Positions 1 to 9,310 of a stretch of 64,000 nt of DNA are shown here, one piece after another. The notes beneath the pieces are model-generated. The model saw nothing but the letters and a program-made list of their open reading frames with translations, searched no databases and had not been told where the DNA came from. How positions within the stretch are numbered: the first letter of the stretch is position 1; each line of letters opens with the position of its first letter. The stretch is from NCBI GenBank assembly GCA_963666315.2, contig CAXXHG010000005.1:36287-100286 (forward strand), in the 5' to 3' direction. The stretch comes from Candidatus Binatia bacterium. Lineage in GTDB: Bacteria; Desulfobacterota; Binatia; Bin18. The position numbers and the translations under genes are program-made.

Positions 1-323
1 CCCTTTTTGAGCGGGGCATATTTTTCTGCTATTTCAGCAAAGGTGTCGAACTGGTCAGGCGTGATACCGCCGAACGGCAGCTTGACCCGAATCATTTGTA
101 CGTCAGGCTGACGCTGGCCGTACACGCCCTGCAGCAAGCGGTAGCCCATAAATTCCTGCGGGCTGGCGTCGCCTTTCAGGAATCTCTGCGCTTCGTTATC
201 AAAATCGTTGAATTCGTGTTCAAGTATGGGGATGACGCGACCTGGGACATTTGAATGGAGTTCGGGATTATCCAGTGATCCCACCCGTCCATTGCCTTTA
301 TTCGCCGTTGTGGCTGATTCCAT
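1..323 (-). CDS. Nitrite/sulfite reductase, N-terminal part (runs off window)
   Basis: Manual translation MESATT...FMGYRLLQGVYGQRQPDVQMIRVKLPFGGITPDQFDTFAEIAEKYA matches the NIR/SIR ferredoxin-like half domain; RBS AGGAGG at 331-336 (minus). Confidence 0.85.
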   Translation of the reverse strand, partial: MESATTANKGNGRVGSLDNPELHSNVPGRVIPILEHEFNDFDNEAQRFLKGDASPQEFMGYRLLQGVYGQRQPDVQMIRVKLPFGGITPDQFDTFAEIAEKYAPLKK

Positions 324-372
324 GTCCAGACCTCCTGACACCCGACTAGTAAGGGTACGTATGATTAATAAC

Positions 373-505
373 GACTAAATCTATAGACATCACTATCTTA
401 CTATGTATTTATGGTCTTTTCTGAGGTAGTGTCAAGGGCTAATTCTTTGATATTGGCAAATGAGGGAGGATTGACGAGCAGGCATATTATCTACTAAATA
501 AGTAG
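373..505. promoter_or_regulatory. Divergent promoter region with candidate Rrf2 operator sites
   Basis: AT-rich; inverted repeat CTACT-AAATA-AGTAG at 491-505, related ACTAAATCTATAG at 374-386 and a reverse copy at ~401-413. Confidence 0.4.
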
Positions 506-511
506 TGATTT

Positions 512-976
512 ATGAAACTGTCGAAAAAAAGTGAATATGCGCTGAAGGCGCTGAGTTGTCTGGGGGCGCCTGGGGCACCTGAGGTGCTAGCGATCCAAGA
601 AATTGCTCGCCGCGAACACATTCCCAAGAAATTTTTGGAGCAAGTGCTTCTGGCACTCAAGCGGGCGGGTATTGTGCAGAGCACTCGGGGAAAAGCGGGC
701 GGGTATACTTTGTGTAGCGATCCGGAGACGATCACCCTACGCGAGGTGGTGTGGGCGGTAGACGGTCCACTTGCTCCTCTCCCTTGCGTGTCCGACACCA
801 ACCCGAGGAAGTGTGCCGACTGTGTGAGCTTCGAACACTGTTGGCTACGGGAGGTGATGTTAGAAGTGGGTGAGTCGATTGCCGCCGCCTTTGCTCAGGT
901 GAGTTTGGCCGAGGTGTGCAGGCGTGCGGAAGAAAGCCGACGGCGCGGATCGCACGTGGCTATGTATGACATCTAG
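512..976 (+). CDS. Rrf2 family transcriptional regulator, CymR-like
   Basis: wHTH with STRGKAGGY wing, Cys cluster and C-terminal MYDI; divergent from the sulfite reductase. Confidence 0.9.
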   Translation: MKLSKKSEYALKALSCLGAPGAPEVLAIQEIARREHIPKKFLEQVLLALKRAGIVQSTRGKAGGYTLCSDPETITLREVVWAVDGPLAPLPCVSDTNPRKCADCVSFEHCWLREVMLEVGESIAAAFAQVSLAEVCRRAEESRRRGSHVAMYDI

Positions 977-1116
977 TTTCGTTCTGCTGCCAAGAGAGCC
1001 AAGGGAGCTGTGCTTTTATGAAGAATCAAGCGGGGAAATAAGACTTGACGTAGACACTCAGCTTTTCTAAGGTCAGAACACACAAGCCGCGTATACGACC
1101 GGGAGAGGAGCCGTCG

Positions 1117-1740
1117 ATGAGCATCAAGAGAAAGTTGTTTGACTATCTGCCTTGACCGTTTGCTATGAGAACGAGGATCGTTCTCAAAGAAAAAGATCTG
1201 GACTTTGATCGCATCTTGGTGGATCTGCCGAGCAAAGAACAGAAAGAGCCCTGGTTCCTGGCCATTAATCCGTACGGTAAAGTGCCCGTGCTCGTCGAGG
1301 AGGGAGCCTGGATCTACGAGTCGGCCATTTGTAATGAGTATCTGGAAGACAAATATCCAACGCCGTCTTTGTCGCCGTCTGAGCCCAGTGCAAAGGCTGA
1401 GATGCGGTTGCTTATTGAAATGTGTAACAGCCGGTTCGTACCGCCCGTGATTCGTTTGCTCTACACCAGCCGTAAGCCCAACGCTGAACAAGATCCGGAG
1501 CGCATCGCGCAGAATAAAGACCAACTCAGCGAACTCTTCCCCCAGTTGGAGGAGCAACTCCAAGACCAGGACTACCTCATGGGGGAGTATAGCCTGGCGG
1601 ATTTGACGTTTACGCCGTTTCTCGGTTTGTGTGACAAGGTCAGTGTTGACTTGAGTCCCTTTCCAAAAGTTTCAGCCTGGGCCGAACGGCTCAAAAACCG
1701 GCCCAGCTATGAAGAGGTCAGGATTGGGCTGACGGGTTAG
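1117..1740 (+). CDS. Glutathione S-transferase family protein, probable selenoprotein (U13 in U-P-F-A)
   Basis: RBS GAGGAG at 1105-1110, ATG 1117, in-frame TGA 1153-1155, then in frame into ORF 1165..1740 with INPYGKVPVL, ESAICNEYLE and SLADL GST motifs. Confidence 0.85.
1166..1186 (+). promoter_or_regulatory. Bacterial SECIS-like hairpin
   Basis: Perfect stem TGAGAACGA-GGA-TCGTTCTCA starting 10 nt after the UGA, with G at the start of the apical loop. Confidence 0.75.
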
Positions 1741-1796
1741 CGACACGTTTTCATACTCGTATCTCCTCAATAATATGAGACCAGGACGAGACCAGT

Positions 1797-1828
1797 GGGG
1801 GCGGTTCATAAACCGCCCCTATTTTTTT
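1797..1828 (+). terminator. Rho-independent terminator after the GST
   Basis: GGGGCGGTT-CATA-AACCGCCCC followed by a T-tract. Confidence 0.8.
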
Positions 1829-1920
1829 GTGAGAATCTTTTCAAGCTGGACTAGATTTTCCCCGCTCCCTAGTTGATAGTAAGCCGTCGAGGCTCAGAAT
1901 ACATGAGGAAGCACGCAGGT

Positions 1921-3510
1921 ATGAGTATCGATAGGCGTTTTGTTGTCGTGCTCCTCTCCCTGGCTTTGCTCTTGGGCTCTTCACCCGCATTCGCCCAACC
2001 TGCGAAAGTCTTTGTCAACTCGGCCGTGCTGGCTATCGGCGACCGGCCGGTGCTACTTGATCTCAAAAGCCAGCGTATTGTCAGCCACGGCGAAAACTTT
2101 GAACCCGACCAGAGTCTGCGACCGGGGGCTGAACCGCGTAAGGTTTCCTCGTTTCGGTGTGTACTACTGCGTGACCTGGAGAACGGCCGGCTGCGCTATG
2201 AATGGGAGCGTGAGATCGAGTATCCCTTCCGTGAAACGTGGCGATACACTGAGGTGATAAGCGGCCTGGATGGCGTCGTGCTCGGACAGGATGGCTTCCA
2301 CAGTCCGGTCCGACGGGCGATGTCTGCTGCCCGTATTGCCGCACGCCAAAAAGAACTGCGTCGTTCGCCGGTGTCGGTGCTCATTCATGCCTTGAGTCGC
2401 TCGGGGTCCTTTTTGCGCTTGATGGATCAAACCATACACGGTCGTCGCCAGGTCGTGGTTTCGTTTGATGACAACGGCCAGCTCGTGCTGTTAGCCATTG
2501 ATGCCGAAACTCGACTGCTCACCAAAGTCGTGTTTATCGAAGATGACCCTCTACACGGGGATGTGCAGAATGAGGTGTTTTATGCCGGTTGGCGCCAGGT
2601 CGGAAAACTCAAGCTGCCGTTTGAACTGACGTATCGCGTCCACGGCCAGACCGTCATGGTCGAGCATATCGAGGTCATTCAGAATGACCTCGATCTCTTT
2701 GAGGTTGATTTCGTCATCCCGGAAGAGATTCCGCAGCCTGAGGAGTGGGACGGTGAGCGCGGGGAGCGAAGTTCGCACTGGGTACACCGGCAGGTGGCGC
2801 AGGGACGGAGCGTCGATGCACCCCAGACCAGGATTGTCCTCCAGCAACTCGTACCTGGTGTCATGCATATTACTGGAGGTAGCCTCCAGAGTCTCGCCAT
2901 TGAGATGGACGATCATCTGATCGTGGTAGAAGCGCCACTCGACGACGCACATTCTCTTGCCGTATTAGATGTCCTGGGACAGAGATTTCCGACCAAGCCG
3001 GTCCGGGTTGTGGTCAACACCCATTTTCATACTAGCCATGCTGGCGGGTTACGAACGTATGTCGCCGCTGATGCGGTGGTTGTCACCAGCGCGCTGAACG
3101 TTGAACTGTTCCAAGATGCCTTTCGCGCCCTGCATACCCAAGTCCCGGATACCTTACATCGCGACCCCAAAATCGCAATCATCGAGTCCGTTAGCGCTGA
3201 ACGTAAATTCCTCGTTGGGGCCAACCGAGTGGTAGTCGTCTATCCCATTGAGACCCCGCGTGTGGACGGCATGCTGGTCGTGCATCTCCCGGAGGAGCGA
3301 CTCCTTTATGTAGCGGACCTGTTTACGCCGGGTGCGGTCCGGCAGGTCTCGGCCTGGTGCCGCGAACTGCTCGACGCCATTGAGCGCTATGGCCTCGCGG
3401 TTGACATTATTGTCGGCAGTCAGGGGGGCGTGGGAACTCTTGATGAGTTGCGTCGCGTCGTCCACGGCGAAGACGTGCAAGAGAAGCTGGCAGTCGAGCA
3501 GATGCGTTAA
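1921..3510 (+). CDS. Secreted MBL-fold metallo-hydrolase-like protein (start uncertain: 1873/1903/1921)
   Basis: Signal peptide ending AFA-Q; C-terminal MBL fold with VVNTHFHTSHAGG and LLYVADLF. Confidence 0.75.
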   Translation: MSIDRRFVVVLLSLALLLGSSPAFAQPAKVFVNSAVLAIGDRPVLLDLKSQRIVSHGENFEPDQSLRPGAEPRKVSSFRCVLLRDLENGRLRYEWEREIEYPFRETWRYTEVISGLDGVVLGQDGFHSPVRRAMSAARIAARQKELRRSPVSVLIHALSRSGSFLRLMDQTIHGRRQVVVSFDDNGQLVLLAIDAETRLLTKVVFIEDDPLHGDVQNEVFYAGWRQVGKLKLPFELTYRVHGQTVMVEHIEVIQNDLDLFEVDFVIPEEIPQPEEWDGERGERSSHWVHRQVAQGRSVDAPQTRIVLQQLVPGVMHITGGSLQSLAIEMDDHLIVVEAPLDDAHSLAVLDVLGQRFPTKPVRVVVNTHFHTSHAGGLRTYVAADAVVVTSALNVELFQDAFRALHTQVPDTLHRDPKIAIIESVSAERKFLVGANRVVVVYPIETPRVDGMLVVHLPEERLLYVADLFTPGAVRQVSAWCRELLDAIERYGLAVDIIVGSQGGVGTLDELRRVVHGEDVQEKLAVEQMR

Positions 3511-3527
3511 AGAAGCGTTGAGCAAGC

Positions 3528-4052
3528 ATGCGAGTTGAGAAAAACTGCTCTACTGATGATGAATCTTGCGATGCATCTTGGATGCGTGCCGCCCTTGCCG
3601 AAGCTGAGCGGGCGGAAGCGGCCGATGAGGTGCCGGTCGGCGCGGTTGTGGTGAGCGGTGCACGTATCGTTGGCAGAGGACACAATGCTCCGCTCTCCTC
3701 AAATGATCCGACTGCTCATGCCGAAGTCCTGGCTTTACGCCAAGCGGCTGGTGAGATGCGGAATTACCGTTTAGTGGATACAACGCTTTACACGACTGTG
3801 GAACCGTGTCTGATGTGTATGGGCGCGATGCTACATGCTCGGGTGAAGCGATTGGTCTTTGGTTGCTTTGATCCCAAAGCTGGGGCAGCTGGATCCCTGT
3901 ACAATGTACCAATGGATACGCGCTTGAATCATCGCCCGGAAGTGACGAGTGGGATAGGTGCAGAAGACAGTCGGACGCTCTTACAACGCTTTTTCCGAAC
4001 CAAGCGCCAGCGTGAGCGTCATCTTTGCGCCCCTATAGGAAATCCCCTATAG
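3528..4052 (+). CDS. tadA: tRNA adenosine(34) deaminase
   Basis: EVPVGAV, DPTAHAE, EPCLMC and DPKAGAAGS motifs. Confidence 0.95.
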   Translation: MRVEKNCSTDDESCDASWMRAALAEAERAEAADEVPVGAVVVSGARIVGRGHNAPLSSNDPTAHAEVLALRQAAGEMRNYRLVDTTLYTTVEPCLMCMGAMLHARVKRLVFGCFDPKAGAAGSLYNVPMDTRLNHRPEVTSGIGAEDSRTLLQRFFRTKRQRERHLCAPIGNPL

Positions 4053-4066
4053 TAAGTGACAAGCCC

Positions 4067-4156
4067 GGAGAGGTGGCAGAGTCCGGTCGATCGCGCACGA
4101 CTCGAAATCGTGTATACTTTCGGGTATCGGGGGTTCGAATCCCCCCCTCTCCGCCA
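4067..4156 (+). tRNA. tRNA-Ser(CGA)
   Basis: GGAGAGG acceptor, CACGA-CT-CGA-AA-TCGTG anticodon arm, long variable arm, GGTTCGAATCC T arm, encoded CCA. Confidence 0.95.
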
Positions 4157-4249
4157 GGTGGTTTCCCCGGAAGCTGGGAACGTTACTCCGCTTCTGACAG
4201 TTGATACAAGACAAGAGCGACCGCATTACATAAGACAGGCGGACTTATT

Positions 4250-5535
4250 ATGGACATTGGACTTGGTATTGCACTCCTGGCAGGTTTTCTGTCTTTCGCC
4301 TCGCCGTGTGTCCTGCCTATCGTACCTGGTTATTTGACCTTTATTACTGGCATGAGCTTCGAAGAGCTGACCGAACGACAACGTCCGTCCCATGTGGTGA
4401 CGAGTGCGGTGATCAAAAGCCTGCCCTTTGTCTGCGGCTTTTCCCTCGTCTTTATTTCCCTGGGTGCCTCGGCTTCCGCGGTGAGTGTGCTGCTGCGGTC
4501 CAATCTTGGACTGCTCAAAGGTGTTGCCGGATTTGGGATCATGGTCCTCGGCTTCCACCTGGCGGGTCTGTTACCTATCCCCGCCTTGCTCCGTGAGCGG
4601 CGCTTCTCAAAGGAACCGACAGAAACCGGGCATGCTGCGTGCCTTTGTCGCTGGCGTCTTTTTTGCTTTTGGGTGGACGCCGTGTGTGGGCCCTATTTTG
4701 GCCGGTATTCTGGCGATTGCGGCCACTACCCAGACGCTAGGCCAGGGTGTTTCTGTTGTTGGCGGTCTATTCCGTGGGACTCGGCATCCCTTTTGTTTTG
4801 TCTGCGGCCTTTTTGAACAGTTTTCTGTCCCTGTTTAAAGGCATAAAAAGCCATTTGCGGCAAATGGAAGTCGCCGCAGGTATGTTACTCGTCTTGGTCG
4901 GCTTGCTGATTTTCACAGATAAAATGGGCTGGGTGTCGTCCCGGTTGACGTTTCTGAACCCAGAGGCGCTCTTAGTCAGTGATTTTCAGGAAACAGGCGT
5001 TCAGCCTGTTATTGCTGCAGAAGCGAGGCCGGTGAGCAGTACCTATGGCGACTACGATTTTACCCTCACCACAGTCGATGGTGACACCGTGAGCTTGTCT
5101 GACTATGAGGGGCAGGTCGTGCTGGTAAACTTTTGGGCCACTTGGTGCGGTCCGTGTGTGGTTGAAACACCGGCCTTGGTCCGCATGTATCATAAATACA
5201 AACGTCAAGGGTTTGCTGTCATAGGCGTCGCCCTGCAGAGTGAGGATGTCGGAGTGCAGGACTTTGTTCGTAAGTATAACATCCCGTATGCAATTGGACG
5301 AGATTCGTCCGACGAGATCGGCCTGCGCTATGGGGTGTTTGCCTTGCCGAGTAGCTTTTTGTTTTCTCTGGACGGAAAAGTGCAACGTGCGTTTACCGGC
5401 TACGTGGCTGAAAACGTACTGGACAACGAGCTCCAGAAGATATTAGGATCGACGTCTGCGCCTCAGACTACGCCTCAAATCGAAGCGATCTTATACCAGG
5501 GGGGCGTGTCAGAATCGAAAACTGCTAGCGAATGA
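4250..5535 (+). CDS. CcdA (cytochrome c biogenesis)-TlpA thioredoxin fusion, with two apparent frameshifts
   Basis: SFASPCVLP (frame 1), FGWTPCVGPIL (frame 2), YSVGLGIPF and NFWATWCGPC (frame 3); shifts near 4630 and 4750. Confidence 0.8.
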
Positions 5536-5689
5536 TGCCAGCGGATATGCCTGCTTCGGGGTGCCTTGGGCACGGCGCGTTCGCTAAGACTGAGGCCGGC
5601 CACACAGAGACTTCTCATACACGCTCTCGGCTGATTCAGGCCCGCCCGCGCTGTTTTTGCCTACGCTGCCGTGCTATCCCCAATGCGCA

Positions 5690-6124
5690 ATGGCTCGCGA
5701 CAATTTTTCAGCTCAAGGTGGTTTGCGGTATGCGGTTGCCTTCCTGGCAAGCGACTCGTGTACCGTTGAGCTGCGTGCAGGACAGTACGAATGGACGCTT
5801 GATGAACCCCGAGAACTTGGCGGGAATGGGGCTGCTCCTGATCCGATCACGGCTTTTTTGGGCAGTTTATGTGGCTGTTTACTCATGTCTCTTGAGATCA
5901 CAGCTAGTGCCCGAAAAGTGCCGCTTGACGATGTGTCTGTCTCAGCCAAGTCTAATATAAAAGGCTTCGTCAAGACGATAGACGTTGACCTGACTGTCCG
6001 GAGCGCTGCCCCTGAGGAGACCGTCCTGACACTGGTCGCCCGAGCGGAAAAGGGTTGTTACGTTCGGGGACTGCTGAAAGACAGTATTACCTATTCTCTG
6101 AACGTAACCGTCCTGCCAACGTGA
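5690..6124 (+). CDS. OsmC/Ohr family protein
   Basis: DEPRELGG..APDP, LGSLCGC and second Cys in AEKGCYV. Confidence 0.85.
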   Translation: MARDNFSAQGGLRYAVAFLASDSCTVELRAGQYEWTLDEPRELGGNGAAPDPITAFLGSLCGCLLMSLEITASARKVPLDDVSVSAKSNIKGFVKTIDVDLTVRSAAPEETVLTLVARAEKGCYVRGLLKDSITYSLNVTVLPT

Positions 6125-6125
6125 C

Positions 6126-6881
6126 GTGGTGAAAATTTCTCTCTCCTTTTTCTCATTACACACCCTCCTCAAATGGGGAGCGGGTTGTGGAATTGTGATT
6201 GTTTTGTTGCATAGCGTTGCCTCACAGGCACAGGCTGCTTGTGCAGAAGACCTTGAAGAAACCCGTCGGGCAGTGGCCTACGCCCTATACGGACTGCGCA
6301 CTACGAGGGAAGTGGTGCGCGCAGCTGAAGCACGGACCCATGGACGTGAGGCCGTATTACAAGAATTGCGTCTGCATCCTCCTGAAGACTATGACTCGAC
6401 GTTGGCGCGGCAGGTAGGGAAGCTCCGGCGCAGCATCGTTCGCCCCAAACGTGCCTTACTCGCGCAGTTAAGAGAGCAGCACGAAGACGCACGGCGTCAC
6501 TGGGAGCGCGGCATTCGACTGATTCACGCGCAGTTTCTTGAAGCTCAAGCGGCCTTTCAGGAACAGCTACTGACACCGGAGGCCTACTGCTACGCTCGAG
6601 AGTCGTATCTCCGAGCACTGTCCCTATATCGGAACGGGCTCGAACACTACCGAACCGGACTGGCCCTGTATGCCGATGGCCTCAACGCATACCGGGAACG
6701 CTTTGTCGTGCCGTGTCTGCAAGGCTATACAGACCCATATCAATGGCAGGTGTTGGTTGAGCGGCTTGAGCGGGAAGATTTCTTGCAAGAGTTCCTCAGT
6801 CCACTCACGACAAATGCTTTGCGTAACGCACCGCAGGACATCCCGCCGGACGTCAATAAGCTGGTGCGTAAGCGACCTTGA
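6126..6881 (+). CDS. Hypothetical secreted helical protein
   Basis: 251-aa ORF with signal-like N-terminus (AQA-A), directly after OsmC. Confidence 0.6.
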   Translation: MVKISLSFFSLHTLLKWGAGCGIVIVLLHSVASQAQAACAEDLEETRRAVAYALYGLRTTREVVRAAEARTHGREAVLQELRLHPPEDYDSTLARQVGKLRRSIVRPKRALLAQLREQHEDARRHWERGIRLIHAQFLEAQAAFQEQLLTPEAYCYARESYLRALSLYRNGLEHYRTGLALYADGLNAYRERFVVPCLQGYTDPYQWQVLVERLEREDFLQEFLSPLTTNALRNAPQDIPPDVNKLVRKRP

Positions 6882-6932
6882 AGATCGACACCACAACAAA
6901 GCGGTGGGGAAAAGGCTACCGGAGGGGAAAGT

Positions 6933-7274
6933 GTGAATCGACACAGTATACGAAAGCAGCACGCTTCCAAGCTTCCCAAAAAGCTAAAAGACTTGTTTTG
7001 GGACTATGACTTTGCGGCTTTACGCTGGGAACCCGATCGAGATCTCATCATAGCGCGAGTACTGACCTTGGGAAGCTGGGATGCTGTGACTTGGTTACGG
7101 TCTGCCGTGGAAGATTGTGCCTTGCGAGAGTGGATCCAGGCTCATCGTGGCGGTGGGATGAGCCCGCAGCGGCTTCGCTTTTGGGAGCTTATCCTAGGAC
7201 TGTCGCACCATCAGGTGAATGCGTGGCTGGCGGAGGAGGGGCGGCGAACTTGGGATCGAAGAAGACACGTCTGA
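6933..7274 (+). CDS. DUF6922-like antitoxin partner of AbiEii nucleotidyltransferase toxins
   Basis: LFWDYDF..L....DRDLIIARVL..G.WD.V.WL and 'LRFWELILGL' pattern. Confidence 0.75.
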   Translation: MNRHSIRKQHASKLPKKLKDLFWDYDFAALRWEPDRDLIIARVLTLGSWDAVTWLRSAVEDCALREWIQAHRGGGMSPQRLRFWELILGLSHHQVNAWLAEEGRRTWDRRRHV

Positions 7275-7294
7275 AATTCTATCCAGAGGGCTAA
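7271..7294 (+). pseudogene. 5' fragment of the AbiEii toxin gene (L/M-KFYPEG), cut by IS5
   Basis: CTG overlaps the antitoxin TGA; joins in frame with 49116 onward (GAAQNRVLRQLGPIMIDRHFYLGGGTA). Confidence 0.7.
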
Positions 7295-8157
7295 GAACCT
7301 GTTCAGGATCTTTTGAGCAGGAGGACGGTAAAAGCAAGCACGACCATTTGCAGACTGGTGTTCAAGTGCCTCTCGCAGTTCTTCCACAAGCGCCGGCATT
7401 TCTCCAGCCACGCGAAACTCCGCTCCACGACCCACCGTTTCGGGATAACCGTGAAGCGATGCAAGTCGCTCCGTTTGGCTACTTCGACCCTGGCCCCTAG
7501 CGCCGTCTGGACGGCCTGGGCAAACTGCTCGCCGCTATAGCCCCCATCCACCAGCAAGGTCTCAACCTGAGAGAGGGCAGACTCGTGGAGCGCAAAGGCT
7601 GCCAACGCCCCAGCTCGGTCCGTGACATTGGCGGTCGTCACATGGAGCGCATGCGGTAATCCCTGCGTATCTACGGCCAGATGCCGCTTGATCCCCGACA
7701 CTTTCTTGCCCGCGTCATACCCTTTGTGTTTCGCGGTATCCGTGTTCTTCACGCTCTGGGCATCTACGATACAAAAGCTCGTCTTCTCTTTCCGCCCAGC
7801 TTGTATGCGGGCCGCCCCGATGAATTTTTTTTAAGCAGTCCTCTAGCAGGCTGGCCCGCGACTCGACACGTTGCTCACTCCAGATGCGAAAATATTCATG
7901 GCAGGTCCGCCACTTCGGGAAATCCGCAGGGAGCATCCGCCACCGACACCCACTCCTCAACACATAGAGGACACCACAGAAGACATCGTACAAATCGACT
8001 CTCCGGGGTTTTGTCTTCTTGCGCGCCGACTCCAGGAGCGGCCGAATGCGCGCGAACTGCTCGCGCGTGATATCACTCGGGTACCTATGGCTCATGATCC
8101 CCCCTCCTCAACACGGACAGCGTAACAGATCCGTCAGGATTAATCTTGAACAGGTTC
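7295..8157 (-). mobile_element. IS5-family element, copy 1 (863 bp)
   Basis: TIRs GAACCTGTTCAGGAT / ATCTTGAACAGGTTC, flanked by TAA on both sides. Confidence 0.95.
7303..8095 (-). CDS. IS5-family transposase in two ORFs joined by a probable programmed frameshift at an A8 run
   Basis: YPSDIT..W/F and GCRWRMLP.DFP.W (ORF A); GYDAGKKVSGIKRH, DGGY and RWVVERSFAWL (ORF B); T8 at 7825-7832 is present in both copies. Confidence 0.9.
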
Positions 8158-8471
8158 TAAGGAGCGGATGAAGATTGTTAACCCATAAGGGGGGCGATGT
8201 CGCTGGAATATGCCTTGGGCTGGGGAAGAGTATCGCGAGAAGGGGTGTAGGTCGCTCAGAATTGGCGCACAGCGGCCTTTGTGCCAATTTCGTGTCTCTT
8301 TTTGGACGCCCAAGAGCTTTACGGGTCCTTCTGGAGCTTTTCAGAAAGCAGCGGGTCACATTTGCGAGGTTCTGTTTTTTTTCAAACATAAAAAAATGAA
8401 GGTAAAACGCCCCAATTGGGGCCAAAACTCTTGAAAAATAAGGCTGAAAACGCATCCACTAAGAGCTAAAA

Positions 8472-8768
8472 ATGCCTCGACTTTGCACCCTATGTCGCCA
8501 TCCAGAGCGAGAATCCATAGACAAATCTCTATTGGCTGAAGAGCCCCTGCGGACCGTGGCGGACCGCTATGGGGTCTCGAAAACAACCCTAATCAGGCAC
8601 AAACCCCACGGTACCAGAAGAGCAAAGGCGCCCCCCTCTATTGAAGAACTGCTCGATACGTGGCGTCGGGCAGATGAAGAAACGAAAAAGACGCTTTTCC
8701 GGGATGCAATCCGTCCCTGGCTAACTGGAAGAGGAACTCTCCCTATGGTGTGGCACGGGCGGTTGTGA
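8472..8768 (+). CDS. Small CxxCxH + HTH protein, phage/mobile-element type
   Basis: MPRLCTLCRHPERESID..L....LRTVADRYGVSKTTLIRHK.H. Confidence 0.65.
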   Translation: MPRLCTLCRHPERESIDKSLLAEEPLRTVADRYGVSKTTLIRHKPHGTRRAKAPPSIEELLDTWRRADEETKKTLFRDAIRPWLTGRGTLPMVWHGRL

Positions 8769-8861
8769 GAGAGCCACTCCCCCTCACAGACGTAGTGCTC
8801 CCCGCGGAGGGGATCCCCTTCCTGGTTAGGTTGCTTCCCTTCGCAGAGACGGTCTTTCTCC

Positions 8862-8907
8862 CCCTTATAGGGGTGTGACAATCATGATTGTCACACCCCT
8901 ATAAGGG
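8862..8907. repeat. Perfect 46-bp spacerless palindrome
   Basis: CCCTTATAGGGGTGTGACAATCA|TGATTGTCACACCCCTATAAGGG. Confidence 0.95.
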
Positions 8908-9310
8908 TACGTGAGTTGGCAGGAGCACGACTGTCTACTCACGCCTTGATGTTAGTCCTTCTCGTTGACGGCTATACTCAGATCTTCAAGAAGGATCTGC
9001 TCATAGTTTCTCCATATTTTTGTTCCATTCTTGCCCATTCGTTCCTAACGAGCGGAGTCTTTCCTTGCCTCTCCTATTCTGCGCGTATATACGCTAGCCT
9101 TACACTTGTGAGAACACCTTGGGCCGCAGAGCGCCGTTGTTTTCTGTGTCTGATAACCGCGTTTATGACAAATTGCACCGAAAAAGCAAAAGTCACTGGG
9201 TGGTTATTTCCCCCGTAAATCGAACTCCTACGCAGCCGTGACGCCGGCATGGCGGCGTCTATCTATTACGGTCATTCTTTTATACAATCCCGCATGGCAG
9301 GTTGGCGTGT

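Noticed and set aside
4056-4337. ORF overlapping tRNA-Ser, and tRNA-Ser as the island's integration site
   Set aside because: The ORF is spurious over the tRNA, and no duplicated tRNA-Ser 3' end was found in the window.
4600-4760. Frameshifts in ccdA-TlpA (also the DUF1329 leader ~28500 and YCF48 ~63380) as programmed recoding or true pseudogenes
   Set aside because: Single-base shifts, mostly at short homopolymers, in otherwise intact genes look like long-read indel errors; reads are needed to decide.
8158-8260. Inner IS flanks (8161 and 48246) rejoining to restore the secreted gene at 47647
   Set aside because: The joined frame is open locally (…YGLTIFIRS-LALTPSVHA) but gives no convincing start or signal peptide, so a circular donor is not proven by this junction.
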